Numbered from the whole stretch's first letter, positions 12,003 to 25,942 are shown. The stretch: DNA of 61,655 bases, filler included, from Choristocarpus tenellus KU-1152 (GCA_964200185.2; 9 parts of 9 records of this genome joined end to end with filler, not necessarily neighbours in it); one strand, 5' to 3'. The notes: a model not told the origin generated them from the sequence alone. Translations and numbers: made by a program.

Positions 12003-15000
12003 CGAAGAGATGGTTGGAGGTCCGGTCAAGGAAATGCATATCACTGAGGTTACCCAGCTCCGCCGGAATAGTACCTGATAATACGCAAGTACAGTGTTAA
12101 ACAGATGTCTCATGGTCGAATCACAATATTGCAGTGGTGTATTTCAATGGTACACTGTTGTTACATCAGTGGGTTGATCTGACAAACAATGGCAGACAGA
12201 GTACAAGGCAAGATAATAAAATTTTGTACATACATGAGGTATTTGTGGTTTAGGAAGGTCTTGTCAACTTAGCTACACTGTGAAGAGAAACATATCAACC
12301 TTACAAGAAAGTAAGGGTAGGTCGGAATTGGTACTTGGCGTTATTCTGCATTTTTTTTTCTTTGTTGACTATACATTGTATCACAGACCATTCACAGAGA
12401 GAAGGTTCATATTGATTCCTTCTCTTTTTTGTTGATAGTGGCATGACACTCAGAAAAAAACAATATAGGTAGGTAGGGGTATGTAGCGTATAATATATTT
12501 GGAGACAGTAACAAAAATTCAACTCACCCTCCACTTCATTTAGGTTGGACCACATATATTTTGAGAGAATTGAGTTATGTTCACTGTACAAAAGAGCTAA
12601 TTTCATGAGAGGAAAATCATTTTCTTACTTGTGTGTTTAAAAAAATAATTTCTTTTCTAGACCTCCTATCGACTACATATATATTCACTCAGGAGGTTGG
12701 CCGTTCGGGTTGGGAATGGATAGGGAACGAAAATTGTAGATGGAGGGTCTGAGAATAATAACCGCTATCCATATCTCCTATTATGATACCCAAGTGTATC
12801 TTTGAAATACACTATTATGACGGGAACCTCAATAAAGGCTTGTATCCTAGGTAAGCTGGGCAAAACTGTCATTAATAATAAAATTAAATGTAGAACCTCA
12901 TAGGGGGGCGATGTGCGGATTAAATAATCTGGTACAATATAAAGAAGAAATTGAACTGTTATACTTTTAGTTCATTATCAACTACATTTTTTTGTTCTAT
13001 ACCCTTTCAGTTCCATCAATTGAAAAAAAAAAAAAATTCCCTGTTCACAACCCCAAAACCTAATTTGTTCCACATAGTTCGAGAATAAAAAGAGCAATGG
13101 AGATCAAGCAAAAGAACATCCTTCCAAACCAGAAAGGGAATTGAGGGGGTTGGTATGTTTTTCAATCTGAGCTATTGACTACAACCTTAGATTGGAGAAA
13201 TTCAAATCGGTTGTGTACTAAAAAAAAGAGGTAAGTTAAGGATAGAACTTCCTTCTTTTCACTTAAATGTTTTGTTTAAATTGATATTATGTTCCATGCA
13301 TTAATAAAATGATAAAAGAGGTAAATGATAGAAGCATTACAGAATCTATCATTTTCATTCCTATATTTTACATGTCACTAGAGAACCAAAGTTTTACTAG
13401 AGGTACACTAAGTGTAGAAATGACAATTTATATTTGTTCAACCAGCAACACAATTATACATGGGTTAGGGTTAGGATATGTGGTTGATAAATTTGAAGGA
13501 CCTGAACAAAAAATAGTAAACGAGGATAGGGAAAAGCGAACCGAATGGGTTTAGATATTATAATTTAAACTGAAGGTGAAATGAGAGAATGGGTAAGTTG
13601 AGTGTAAAACTGACTCGTGAACATGAGTGTTCAACAATTCGTTTTGTTTTTAGTTCACCATATTATGGTGGTCGATGGAAGGATGAGGGACGAGTATCAC
13701 AAAAAAATCGTTTTTATGGAAAAATATTGAGGGTAGGACCAGATTCTAGCTGTGTATTCTAAATGTACACCTTTATTGCATCAGAGGGTTGAATTGACTA
13801 TGGTAGGCAAAGTACAAGACTAGAAAATACGGCACATGGTTAAATTTATTAAGTAATGTGAGTATTGTACATGAAAAAAATTATAAAAGGAAAAACTGCA
13901 GAAGGTAGAGTATTACGAGAGCACTGAGATTGCCAAGCTGCACCGGTATAGGACATGATAGTACGAAAGTAAATGGTTAGAGAGATGTCTCATGGTCAAA
14001 CACAATATTTGGTTATGTATCCTAAAAGGTACTCTACTACTGCATCGGTGGACCGAATTGTCAAAGGTAGGGAGAACATAAGACAAGAGAAAAAGTATTT
14101 ACAGTGTACTACAATAATGTCATCTTGACAAGGTAGTTTCAGGATTGGGGGCCTGATTAAATTTAGTTTGAAGAAAGATTTCATTGAAGGTAGGTCCAGC
14201 ATATTTTTCGAGGTTTGTAGAAGGAAAACGAAATAAAATTATAAATTGATACTTTTGTGACAATTTCCATACATTTTATCAATGATTTTCTTCATTTATA
14301 CTTGTTACATTATTCAGAAAAAAACAAACAGTACAACAAGAAAGAGCGATATTAAAAAGAATAAATTGATATTTATTTTATGGTTCTCCACTTTGTTGTA
14401 AACAATTAGGAAGGGTCTTCAATTTAGACAAATCTCTACTGCAATATATATAATTACTCTACTCATCCTTGCTCATATTTACTGAGTTCAAACCTCTTCA
14501 ATGCCAAACCTGCTGCATGGACACATTATATGTACCAAAAAGGCTGAAATGACAACAAAGGGTACATGAGGTTACACCACAGTAGTTGCAAAACAATAGT
14601 TGATAACTCACATGTATTACAGAAGAGGTCATACTTGATAGACTCACCACACAGCGCTCAGAATTGTAACATCCACAAAGTCAAACTACTATTCAATTCG
14701 GTATTGGTGTTCCCCACACAGCATTCTTTCCATTCAACAGAAGTAAATCAAGAAAAATAACACTCACCAGTAAGCTGGTTATTATAGAGGTTGAGCTTAG
14801 AGAGTGCACTGAGGTCACCCAGCTCCACCGGTATATTGCCTGAAAATATACGGGTAAAGCGTTATAGAGATGTATCATGGTCAACCACAATATTCTTGTA
14901 ACGTATCCTGAAAGATACTCTACTACAGCATCAGTGGACTGAGTTGTCAAAGATAAGGAGAACATAACACAAGAGAATAAAGTATGTATAGTGTACCACA

Positions 15001-18000
15001 ATAATGTCATCTTAGCCAGAGGGTGAGAATGAACGTATGACCTCAAAGGAAAGTTAAGGTTACAAAAATAATTGACATTTAGGAATGTGGAAGCTTCTCT
15101 ATTTTTATATCTTGTTTTTGAATATTTTACTTTATCACAAACCAACCGCAGTTGGTAGTGTTGATCACTTTCATTATCTAGGTTCTATTTATTGTGGTAG
15201 AACATTAATATAGATGAAAGTGGACGCGTAGTTAAATGTGACATACTAATAAATAAAGCCATGATGAGATTTTTTTGTGAGATTTTTTTGTCTTTTTTGT
15301 TTATTATTTTAAAATAAATTACAAAATCAATCAACAGGTAGATCTAAAAACTGGTACATCAAAGGTAGAGCTAGCCTTGTGAATATTTATATCACGCTTC
15401 TCCATCTTACAGCATTTTGTAGCATAACCAGTTTTGAGGGTTAGGGTTAGCGTTAGGGTGATACATATATATTATAAATATATATCCTCTTAATATATTC
15501 TGGAGAACAAATTTAGTGCACATAGTTGTCCTCGCTCAAGCACTAAAAATCAATGATCAAATGCAAGAGTATGACATTAGGAGCAAACCTGATAGTGCTC
15601 AATCGCAGGATAATCAGTTCAAGTTCAGATGAGTGGGGTGTAGGGAAGGGGGTTAAGGAAAAATAGTGTGGGTAATAAGATGTGTATATGCAAATGGCTC
15701 AAGTTATCCAAAGTAGACCATGGTGGTAAGTACCACTCCAAAGGAGACACCAAAAGGGGGGAGAGGGAGGAAGATTGAGAAAGAGTAAGGGACGACTGCT
15801 GTTATGCCATTAACATCTCCAGTAGCTTTAATGTCTCTATATGGTTATTAGCTAAAAAGGATTGTGCTTAATCTATTTCTTGATATATTCAAAACATATT
15901 GCAACTGCAGGTGCACTCAAAGAATGGGTATATAACGGGTACAACTGACTTCCTGACATCAGTCTTCAACAATTTGTTAGGCTTTCGACTTCACCAGTAG
16001 CACATTTTTTACTACTTGGTCTTAGAGTGATGGTGTTGGTAAAGGGAAGCGTTTGTGAGGATTAATGTTTATTTTTATTTCTTAGATTTTTCTAATAATC
16101 AAATCAACAGGTGAATTGAAAAAATCAGGTAAGTTCAAGGCAGAAATGACTAGCTGTAACTGTTCAATGACATGCCTCCACTTTGACTACATCAGTAGTT
16201 GTACAGCTTAAAGGTTGGATTAAGGTTAGGGTCATGCAAAAAGAATAAAAACATGTTCTAAGGTTAGGGTTAGAAGTTAATACAAACGGAAGGGATGGAC
16301 TATGTCAAATAAGGGGAGATACCAATGAAGGAAAAGAGAGATGCCAGGGTCAGGAATACAAGGAAGGAGTGTTTCTACAGCGAGGAACTCAGGTACAACA
16401 TTTGTGGAAGGCTTAGCCTGAAATGTTATGACCAACTAAAAACTATAAGGGATATATACCGGAGACTACCTAGTCTAGGGGGATTGGTATATTTTTTGTA
16501 CGATGGAGGAATACATTGAATCGAATGCCAATACAAGGATAATAAAAAGTAAGGCATCAAAGTAAAGTACACAGTATATATGGTGCATCATAGTCTTGTG
16601 AGGTATAATAGATTTTGTGTAGAAGTAGATGTAACTTTAAAATGATGCAAGTGGTGGTGTCAGGACTGTTCTTTGTTTGTATTTCACTGTAGATTATACC
16701 ACAAGACAAAAAAGAGAGTTTCTACATCTCCCTTTTCAATTATTTTTACTTTCTGGTAGAACAACCGTCCAACTTAAGTAGAAGAGGGTAGGTAGGTAGG
16801 GTTAGGATTAGTTTGTACATATAAAATTATGTAATTCGCCCCCAATATTACAATTTTAAAAAGACTTAAAAATAAAACACAATAAATTAGAAAACAATGA
16901 TCCCATCTTGACCCCCTATCTACCTCTTCTTCACTTACAAATTGCTCCAGATACTGCCCTATCCATTGAGCAATACTACCATAATAAAGTAATGAAAAAG
17001 AGTGGGAGTAACATTTGCTCTCTGTGTCGCACTTCAACACAAGAGATTGGGCAGTCCCCACACGGTTTAGAGATGTTTTTCCCGGATTCATAAATTATTA
17101 TTCTTGTTCTTGATAAAGACAAGAGAATAAAGGGTGTATAGTGTACTATAGTCTTTCGTGATAGCCATATTTTGAGAAAGAAGAGTTGGATGTTCAAAAG
17201 AGATGAGGTTACGGGATGTTGACAAATTTGAGTGTTTTTAAAGCTGTTCTAAGTTATCCTGTTTTTAGGATGAATTGTCTCACCAAACAATTACATTTGG
17301 TATAGGGGTTCATTCATATCATTTTTTATTTTGATTTATTTATTGGGGTAGAAAACTCTAATAAAATTGAAGTGTGTAGGTTGGTATAGATGACATAATA
17401 TAGTTGTAATTAAAAAATATATATCCCTCTCTCTTGTCTCCTTTATTCTACTTCACACATACTTCAACATAATTTAATAATATTTGTTAAGATTAGGAAA
17501 AAGAGAAAACATCATGATTTTATGCTCTTTGCTATGTTCTTCGAAGACCAAAGAAGGAGAGCTGTTTATTGCCGTTGTCGAGACTTGTTTTCAGATATGT
17601 TGTTATTGATGTTCTTGTCTTATGTTGTCCTCCAACTTATATTGCCACTAAAACCCACTCATCCTTCTCCTCTACTCCTTAACTTTCAAAATCAAAAACG
17701 CAAAGACAGTGGAGTATGATTAAACTTCAGGGAACTATCAACACAGGTAGGGTGCTGTAACTCAAAAAAACCAAAACAAAACGCACAGAACAGAGAGGGA
17801 ACACCGAGCAAGTTAGTCCTCAACTACTATGCGTCTGGGTTGTGTTCTACACATGCTGCACTTAGCCATCCATTCACAGTTCGAGCCTTGCTTCTTAACG
17901 CCTAAAATGGGGAACGTAACCTCAAGAAACTGGCACCTCAATCACCTTGTGACACACAAACTCCTCTGTAGGAGTCGTGGGAACCTCTTTTACCTCAATC

Positions 18001-21000
18001 TCAATTACGGATACAGCTAAAACCAACACGAAAGATGTTACCTATTTCGGGAGATGGTTACTGTGTTGCTCTTCCTTCAAAGCTCTTCCTCCTCGTTTTT
18101 CGACTTTCTATTTCAAAGCTTCGTAAAACATAAATTGTCATCTCTTCTTCTTCATGTACTGCTGGCGTCCTAAGAGCATGGGCGATACTTTTCAGGACTT
18201 CAACAACAACAACACATCCGCGGTTCTCACCAATAAAGAGTCAATCATCTTTCAGCTTCCTCTTCAAGAACTGAAGTCAAAGTTTCATCTCACGCCTTTC
18301 TTTCTTCCTCGTCACAGTCACCTCCATTATTACAGCAAACAATTACTCGGCTTTTCGCTCTTATCTTTACATTCAATTACATTAATTCCACCTTCATCCC
18401 ATTTCAACTCGCTATTTGATCACCTTCTCAGCGTCAGCACTCCCCCGCATAGCTTTAAATACAGTACATGCAATAGCGACAGAACCCTCCTCCCTGAACG
18501 CTGCACAATACAGAACCAAAACTCCTTTACCGATGCTGCTTCGATTATTCTTATCATCAAATCCTTCGCAACTATCTTCAACTGTCTGAGATCTCTTTCG
18601 CGCACTGTTCTTTGGTTGATAATATGTCTTCCAAGAGTTGCACACTTTCAATACCACATATCTCAACAATCACATACATGATTGAGGTGCGGTTTGTCGC
18701 AAAGAAGGACTTCTACGTTACTCTACACCATCCATCGATACCTTTCCTCATATATTTTGTAGTCCATGATATGTGTAAGTGAAACACATCGAAAACAGTG
18801 AATAAAAATACCGACGATAAAAGTTACAACAAACATCAGATACGAAAGCTACCCTTTTCTATCGTAGACCCATGTATGAAACGCTTGACACCAACCATTG
18901 CTATGTCATGATGACAGACGTAGTGAAAAGTTCGATTCTATTAACAAATTCCCGTTGTAAAGAAGATCAAGGTCACATCATTCGTATAGCCTGTCACAGC
19001 CCCAAAGAATGAAAAATACGAGCCTCATATTCAGACCTATCCCTACGTACGAGTATTGTTATTGACTACATTTGTGTCTTCGGGAGAGGAAGAGAACGAG
19101 AGCTGGGCAGGGACTTGAAATTGTATGCCACAGGTCTGAAAGAATTAAAAAACATCTCTATTTCCCCACACAGCATTGTTATGTATAGCTCTCAAATGTC
19201 CAATTATGGAAGACCCTCGATAAAACTACTATATTAGGAAGATGGGGCAAAAATGCCTCCAAAAGAAAAACGCACTAAATGTGTGTAGAGTATCTTTACA
19301 TCAGAGTGTTATTTTGACTAAATGATAAGTTACTTGTTTCAAGTCAAATTTATGTTTGGTGCTTTATAGACAGCAATCGTTATTCTTCCCTGGTAAATTC
19401 AAGCCATTCAACTAAAGCAAATCAATCTACCAATGTCAAAAACTCTCAAACTATTAATTTAGAACAAGCACACATTTCTTTTTAACTTTGACTCCACTAC
19501 ATGGGAGGAAGATAACTTGGCCACGTAAAAGAGATGAGATATTAAAGGGGGGTGAGGAGAGGGAAAAGGAGGTAATGTTGATGTCATTTGTTTCCTCTTT
19601 TATGTTGAAATTGTGTCCATCTACATCTTGTACTATATACCCTCTCGACAAATTCAATTAGTGTGTGTATAGAAAAGAGTCAAGGTAAGTACAATTGACC
19701 TCTTGTCCTATATTAAATTTATATTTACTGCATTTTACTCTTCTCTCTGGCTTGAAGTATCTGTGAGGGAGGGTGGGCGGGGGGGTCTACACCAGGGTGT
19801 CAATTTGGGCCCTGACCAGGATAATTGACAGTCACCACGCCTCCCCCCTTACATACTTTGAGCTTTTAGCTACAAGTATAATTCTTAATTTGGCGTTTTG
19901 GTAGACATTGAGAAAAAATTAATCTACAAATGTTGATATTAGAGAAGTATATAATTGTGCTGGTTTATCTCATTTTCTTCTATTTTGGATTTATTTTGTC
20001 TACACACCACAGAAAGACTTGGGATTATTGGGAAGAGGCATGTTCAGTGTAGTAATGACCATTTCCTCATGTGCTATTGGTGAAAATATCTTGTATGGGG
20101 TATGGTCAGTATATAGACTTAATGCATGAAAACATCACCGGAATATTGGCAAAAGAGAAATGCTTAGTGCCAAGCTGGCTACACGTGGTTCCTAATTTAG
20201 CTAAATACAGGTTTGGTCACTCTATTTTATTCCATTTAAAAATATATTCAAACAGCAGGTGCACTGAGACGTGGGTATGTCGAAGTTACATGTGTCTTTT
20301 TGTAGACTGTGATCAACAAATACTACCACACACCAGGTACTGCAGGTCAACAGTAAACAACTTTCCCCACAATGACAAAATTTCCATCAAACACAGCTTT
20401 CTCAATATAGCAGTCTCTTGCCGGTGATAAGTGAAACATGGAACACATAGAGTTCATCTTTTGGATGGACTTGACTTTTTGTGGCTGGGGTTATTGTATC
20501 CATTCTTCCCATTATCTTCTTCTCGGTTGTCTATCCTTGGGAAAAAAACAATATTTTGTTTCAATCAAAATCTGTCTGGGTTGAAAATAAGCAATTACTT
20601 CGAACCAGAGCTAGCTTTACGTGGATTGTTTCTTTATGTCCCTAGTACTAGTACAACATATAATCACCAGGGATGAGGTCAGGGTGGAGGGTTTACCTTA
20701 AATATATTATAATTGATTAAAACAAAAAAGAGGTAAGGTTATGTCTTGGCTGCCATAACGTAAAACATGTTTGTTTTGTATTATTAGACTTACTGATTTC
20801 CAAAAGTTTAATAGAGATGGATCAAAACAAATATACAACTTCAGGGTACAGCTGGCTGTTTAGAGATGATGTTTTACGCCAAAGTTGTTGACAACATTTT
20901 TAAGAGTTTACAGTTACGGTTTGGCAATAGGGGTAGGGTTGAAAGATGCAAATCAAAGTAGATGTCAGGAAAACGTTTAACAACCTACCATTGCCATTTG

Positions 21001-24000
21001 TTTAGAGGTCGTTAACGATTGCACATCTGAAAGATAAACCCAGATACTGCTACATACAGAGCAGTGGATAGTAGAAAACAAGCCCATATTCTTCACCCAC
21101 AATTTTTTTATAAAAACATGCAGTTAAATAATATCGCCTCAAACCACAGAATGAGTCTCTTATCTAAATTTATTTCCTTTCATTATTCCATCTGTTCTAA
21201 TCTCACAGTTAAAAAAAGAGAAGTTCTTGCCATACCTCCCTACCAATGGACTTACCTATCTATGCACGCTTATTATCATTGGGTACAACACACTTAATAC
21301 TTCTAGGTACAACATACGCCAGAAAATAATTAAAATAAAACTAGAATAAACATTTTGCTTGCTGCACTCCTCACCACAGGAAAAGATTCTCACGAATGAC
21401 AAATTGATGGAAATGTGGTACAAGAATAGAACCATCTCATAAATACCTACAAACATTCTGTAACCTTCGAACCCCTTTCATATCAATACCAGACCCTTCT
21501 TACGCCAGTTAATACTTTTATCAACTAGGGTGTTATGACAAGACAGGCTACAAGAGAAGTAGGATTGTGTCTGACAATAGTTACACATATCCACCTCCAT
21601 GTATAGAAATAGCTGTGAATAACTTCAGACCATATATTAGCTCTGCTGTACCTCCGGAAGGGAGCGCATAGAACCAACTACTAAACCTGGAAATATTGAG
21701 ATCATAAAACTCTCTCAAACACTACTACTTGCACTACAATTTACACAGATCACCTTAAAGGTGTCATTCAATAGACTCCTCAACAACAACGATGACCATT
21801 TTCTACTGTTCCAGTGAAAATAATTTATGATGGGTAGGTTAGGCGAAAGAAGTTATATATTTCGAAATCACCAAAGTATAGTCAATAACTTAGGGTCAAG
21901 CTAGCCACACTGGGTAACTCTTACAGCTAGAAACAGTTTTGGTTACTCCATCTTTTACCATTTTTTGGAAACTATTCAAACTGCAGGTGAACAAAGGGAA
22001 TGGGGAGGTTGAGGTTACATCTCACTCCTTGTGGTCGATTTAAAAAATTTGGTATATTTTTTGTTGACCAGTGTCACATTTGGTACTGGTTTGGATTGGA
22101 CTATTGGTAGGTGAAATAATATATTTGATACAAACTAACAAATAAAAGCAAACCAAGATTTTCACAGACACATCTTTTTTCCTGCCTATACACCAAGCAA
22201 AACCAGTAATAAATGTGATATTAGTAAGAAAAAAACTAAAAAAACTGTTGAAAACCAACCACAGTCAGATGTACGCTCAACTTACCCATTTATTTTTTAC
22301 TTTTTACATTTATTGAACAATAAAAAGAAGCGGTAAATGAACACTTGAGTTCAAAGTAGAGCTGGATTGTTATTTATATGTATTTCGTGATATTCCATTT
22401 TGTTTCATGTTGTAGCTGTACCAATAATAAAATCATAGTTTTGCGATTAGTTATACGGGATGGTTGGTGTTAAGGTTGTACTGAAATATTAAATAAAACA
22501 AAGAATTTGCATTCTCCACAAACGTTCTCTCAAGCAGGGTAAATAAACCAATAATACACTCACCGGTGAGCCTGTTGTGCCAGAGCCTAAGGTCCTTAAG
22601 AGCACTTAAGGTTCCTATCTCCACCGGTATAGTACCTGATAATACACAAGTACAGTATTATATAGTCATCACATGGAAAAACACATAATTCTTGGAGGGT
22701 ATTCCAATGGTACACTACTATTACATCAGAGGGTTGAATTGAAAGAGTGAAAGACTAGATAATCACATCTTGCACATGTTCAAAGGAATATGTTGTGTAG
22801 TCAAGGTGGAGGGTTTACCATAAATAATTTTTAATTGATGTAAAGAAGTTTATTATTTGACAAGAGGGAAGGTTATCTCTTGGTTGCCTCCATGTGTTAT
22901 ATTATTTCTGCAATTGGACTTTATGGATTGTATAAGAAATAGCAGGGGGTTGGTCAAACATATACACCACTTCGGGGTAAAGCTGGCGGTTCAAAGATGG
23001 TGTTATATATTTATTTATTGGTGTCATTTTAAAAATAATAATTTGATTCGGTTTGAGGGATATAGGGTTAAAAGATGTATATCAAAATAGAGTTCAGACA
23101 AAAGTCGAGTCAACCTACATACCATGGCTATCTTGTTGAGAGGTCCTCCACAATTGAACACCTCACAAATACACCTACCTACTGATAGAGCAGTGGAGAG
23201 TAGAAATCAAAGCTTAAATTCCTCACCCACAACATTTCTGTCAAAATATGAAGTAAAAAAAAAAATGGACAAACATAAGGCTCTGGTGTATTTCAAGGGC
23301 ACACTATGCTTTCAACAAATAGAATGATTCGACTATGGAAGATACGAGTGTAATATCAGAAGGGAATACAATGTTGAAGAATTAATGTAACAAAGGTATC
23401 CATGTGAGATGACCATGTCATGTTAATGAGACTATGCTAGAGTAGGTTTTAGAACCTATCAATATCATACATATTCGTGTTTCGCCAAAATTTTCATGCA
23501 AACAATAGAGAAGTTGTTGGATCGCACTTCACCTTCCACACACACTACCCTAAACAAAGTAACTTACAAATATATTGAAAGTCGAGGGCACTGGCACCTA
23601 GAGGTCGGTGTCTTAGATAGCGTTTATCGCAGTTACTATGTCAATCTTGGGTAGTGAGGAATACTCGTAAATGCAGTTTCAAAAGGTAGTCAGAGTATAA
23701 CATTTACAAAATATTTCGTAGGACATACCATACTAACATTTACTATACTTCTATGAGAAAGTATAATCTACTTTAATATAATTTGATAGCACATACTTCA
23801 TGGTTAACAACAGACCTTCCCCACGGACACCAGTGATTCTTTCGCACACCCGTATTATTATCCTGCCTCATCTCAAAAGACCTAGGATCTACCACCTACA
23901 ACTCTGCCAGCTAAGAAACTCTCGGGACCACCCACAATATATAAACTCAGAAGTTACCAAGAAGCGTAACAAGTGGCAAAAAGATCGAGGATGGAGATGA

Positions 24001-24580
24001 AGTATCAGCACCTCTCCATCATGGATGTGTCGACCCAGACTAGAGACTCTACGATGTACTACATTTTGTGTTATATTTGCCATGCCCAATCAAAACACAC
24101 AATTTGTTCACTACCTCACACATAACCCATCACCCTATCATCATCACCAAGAGGACGACATCAAAAAACGTGCATAACTCCTATCCCATGAGAGGGGGTT
24201 GTATGGTAGGTGTGATCCGGTGTAGACAAAGACACGACCGCCGAGAACGTCTACTCCCTTTTGTTTCAGATGTCAGCATAAGGTAGATTAGAGTGGTGGA
24301 GATATGTGATGGGTGCTCTTTATCGTGGATGAGCCAGTTACAAAGTACATCTTAAAGTAACTCCGATATTTAGAAGTTGTCAGCTGGTGCACTTACCCTT
24401 AAGGTTGTTGAACGACAGATTGAGTTCCACTACGCGTCCTTCCGAGTTGACCACCACGCCATCTCGTGCACCTAAGTCAGGACTATCACTTTCCCATCCA
24501 TCTTTTCGATACCACGACGTTCCACCCGTGGAACGGAATAGGACATCCAGGGCATTCTTGTCGACCGCACGTCCCTCCAA
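12003..24580 (-). CDS. Brown-algal-type LRR protein (N-terminus like LRR-ROCO/LRR receptors), one LRR per 72-bp exon; partial
   Basis: N-cap exon 24580-24397 (DKNALDVLFRSTGGTSWYRKDGWESDSPDLGARDGVVVNSEGRVVELNLSFNNLKG). Three exact 72-bp phase-1 exons with CAG/GTGAGT ends: 22635-22564 GTIPVEIGTLSALKDLRLWHNRLT, 14839-14768 GNIPVELGDLSALSKLNLYNNQLT, 12074-12003 GTIPAELGNLSDMHFLDRTSNHLF. No ROC/COR domain is visible in the contig. Confidence 0.9.
13901..13954 (-). pseudogene. Decayed LRR pseudo-exon
   Basis: Reads (G)PIPVQLGNLSALVILYL; acceptor is CAT instead of CAG; the NxLTG end and donor are missing; carries the same upstream intron flank as the intact exons. Confidence 0.85.
17780..19150 (+). 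mobile_element. Possible decayed LTR-retrotransposon gag relic inside an LRR intron
   Basis: Coding-like C-rich tract; 18686-18730 reads GAVCRKEGLLRYSTP, resembling a degenerate CX2CX4HX4C knuckle. Confidence 0.25.
19749..19864 (-). mobile_element. MITE family C, short degenerate copy
   Basis: GAAGTATCTG...CATACTTTGAGC ends; GGGTCTACACCAGGGTG is the reverse complement of the 7760-7780 interior. Confidence 0.65.
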
Positions 24581-25942
24581 CTGGGAAGGTACTGCTCCAC
24601 AGCATTCGAAGAACAAAGTCATTAAGTAGGAGAAGCGATTGAATTTTCCCCATATATGGAGATTTCTATTCTCCGAACACTATAGAGTAGTACCACTACC
24701 AGTACTCTCCCACCTCTATGCTGGACACTTTCTATTGTTACTTACAAGACTTCAAAGACTAGTATGCTTGTCACTCACCCACTCCATCCATTATTGCCTT
24801 CGAGTCCCAATGTTCGACTTGGTTAGCCTTCAGAATTAGGTCAATTAGTGTGAGATGGCATCATCAACATGGAACACGTATTTGTCTAGGGACAAAAGTT
24901 TCTATGATATACCTACCCCATCCATGTTTCAAGGTACAACAATTCTTCGCAAACAAGAGACTAGAAATGGTGTTTAAACTGACTCTCTCTGTCATACAAA
25001 AAGTGAAATGAAGGAGTAAGAGCGAATTCTCAATCAAAAGTCCTTTTCCTTCAATGTTCCAGAGTCTTTGTGGCATATTTTACACTCCAAGAAATAATTA
25101 GAAATACCAAGGTAGAATCATATTGTCTTCCCAGATTCAGCAGGTGATTCAACAAAAAATAAAAAGCCTCATATTTCCAATGCAATGAAGATACGAATCC
25201 TTAGCCTTGAAGGACTTGAAGTTCTGACATATATTTGCTTCTATAATATTCATTCTCTGTAAGGGTCGTTGTCTGAACCAGTCTTTCCAAAATGAAAACT
25301 TCCTACAGTACCTACACCTATTTTATACCAAATATTATATACCAACCCCATTTTTGTACCTCTTTTTTGGACATACTAAAAAAAATAGGCTTTTGTACCG
25401 GAATTCTCGGGTGATTTGGTACAGAATCGGAGAGATATTCACCCCAGTTTTGCGCGCGCGTAAAAATTTCTCGCGCAAAGTGCCTTTCTTCCTGAGTCAT
25501 GACCACACAGCAGTACAGTAAGTACGTTGCTGGTAGGGGAAGAAAGTGGAAGCCATGCCTTGTGCCGCGGGAAACCTCTGCAAGATGCCTTCAAATACNN
25601 NNNNNNNNNNNNNNNNNNNNNNNNNNNNNNNNNNNNNNNNNNTTAATTAATTAANNNNNNNNNNNNNNNNNNNNNNNNNNNNNNNNNNNNNNNNNNNNAT
25701 GTACTACACCCCTGATCCCCAACAATTTCCATGTAAGGCTTACGCTTCAATGATAAGCAGTTCACAATACTCCCCCCCCCCTCCCCAAATCTCCTATGCA
25801 CACAAAACGGATCACAAGACAAATCTTCAAAAAGTGCAACTACATTTACCTCTTCCTCCCTCTCCCTTTCCTGCATCCCCCCGTCCTACCCCCATATACG
25901 CCTGCTGTGGCGAGGCCGCTTTCCTATATCTCCACCGCTCAC

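Noticed and set aside
21890-21960. Inverted (plus-strand) LRR exon from CTGGGTAACTCTTACAGCT
   Set aside because: It aligns with the intronic module at 20165 and 15820, and has no 72-bp frame or splice pair.
23800-24230. Gypsy 3' end with polypurine tract (GAGAGGGGG-TTGT)
   Set aside because: Suggestive only; no integrase or chromodomain motif or matching LTR was confirmed.
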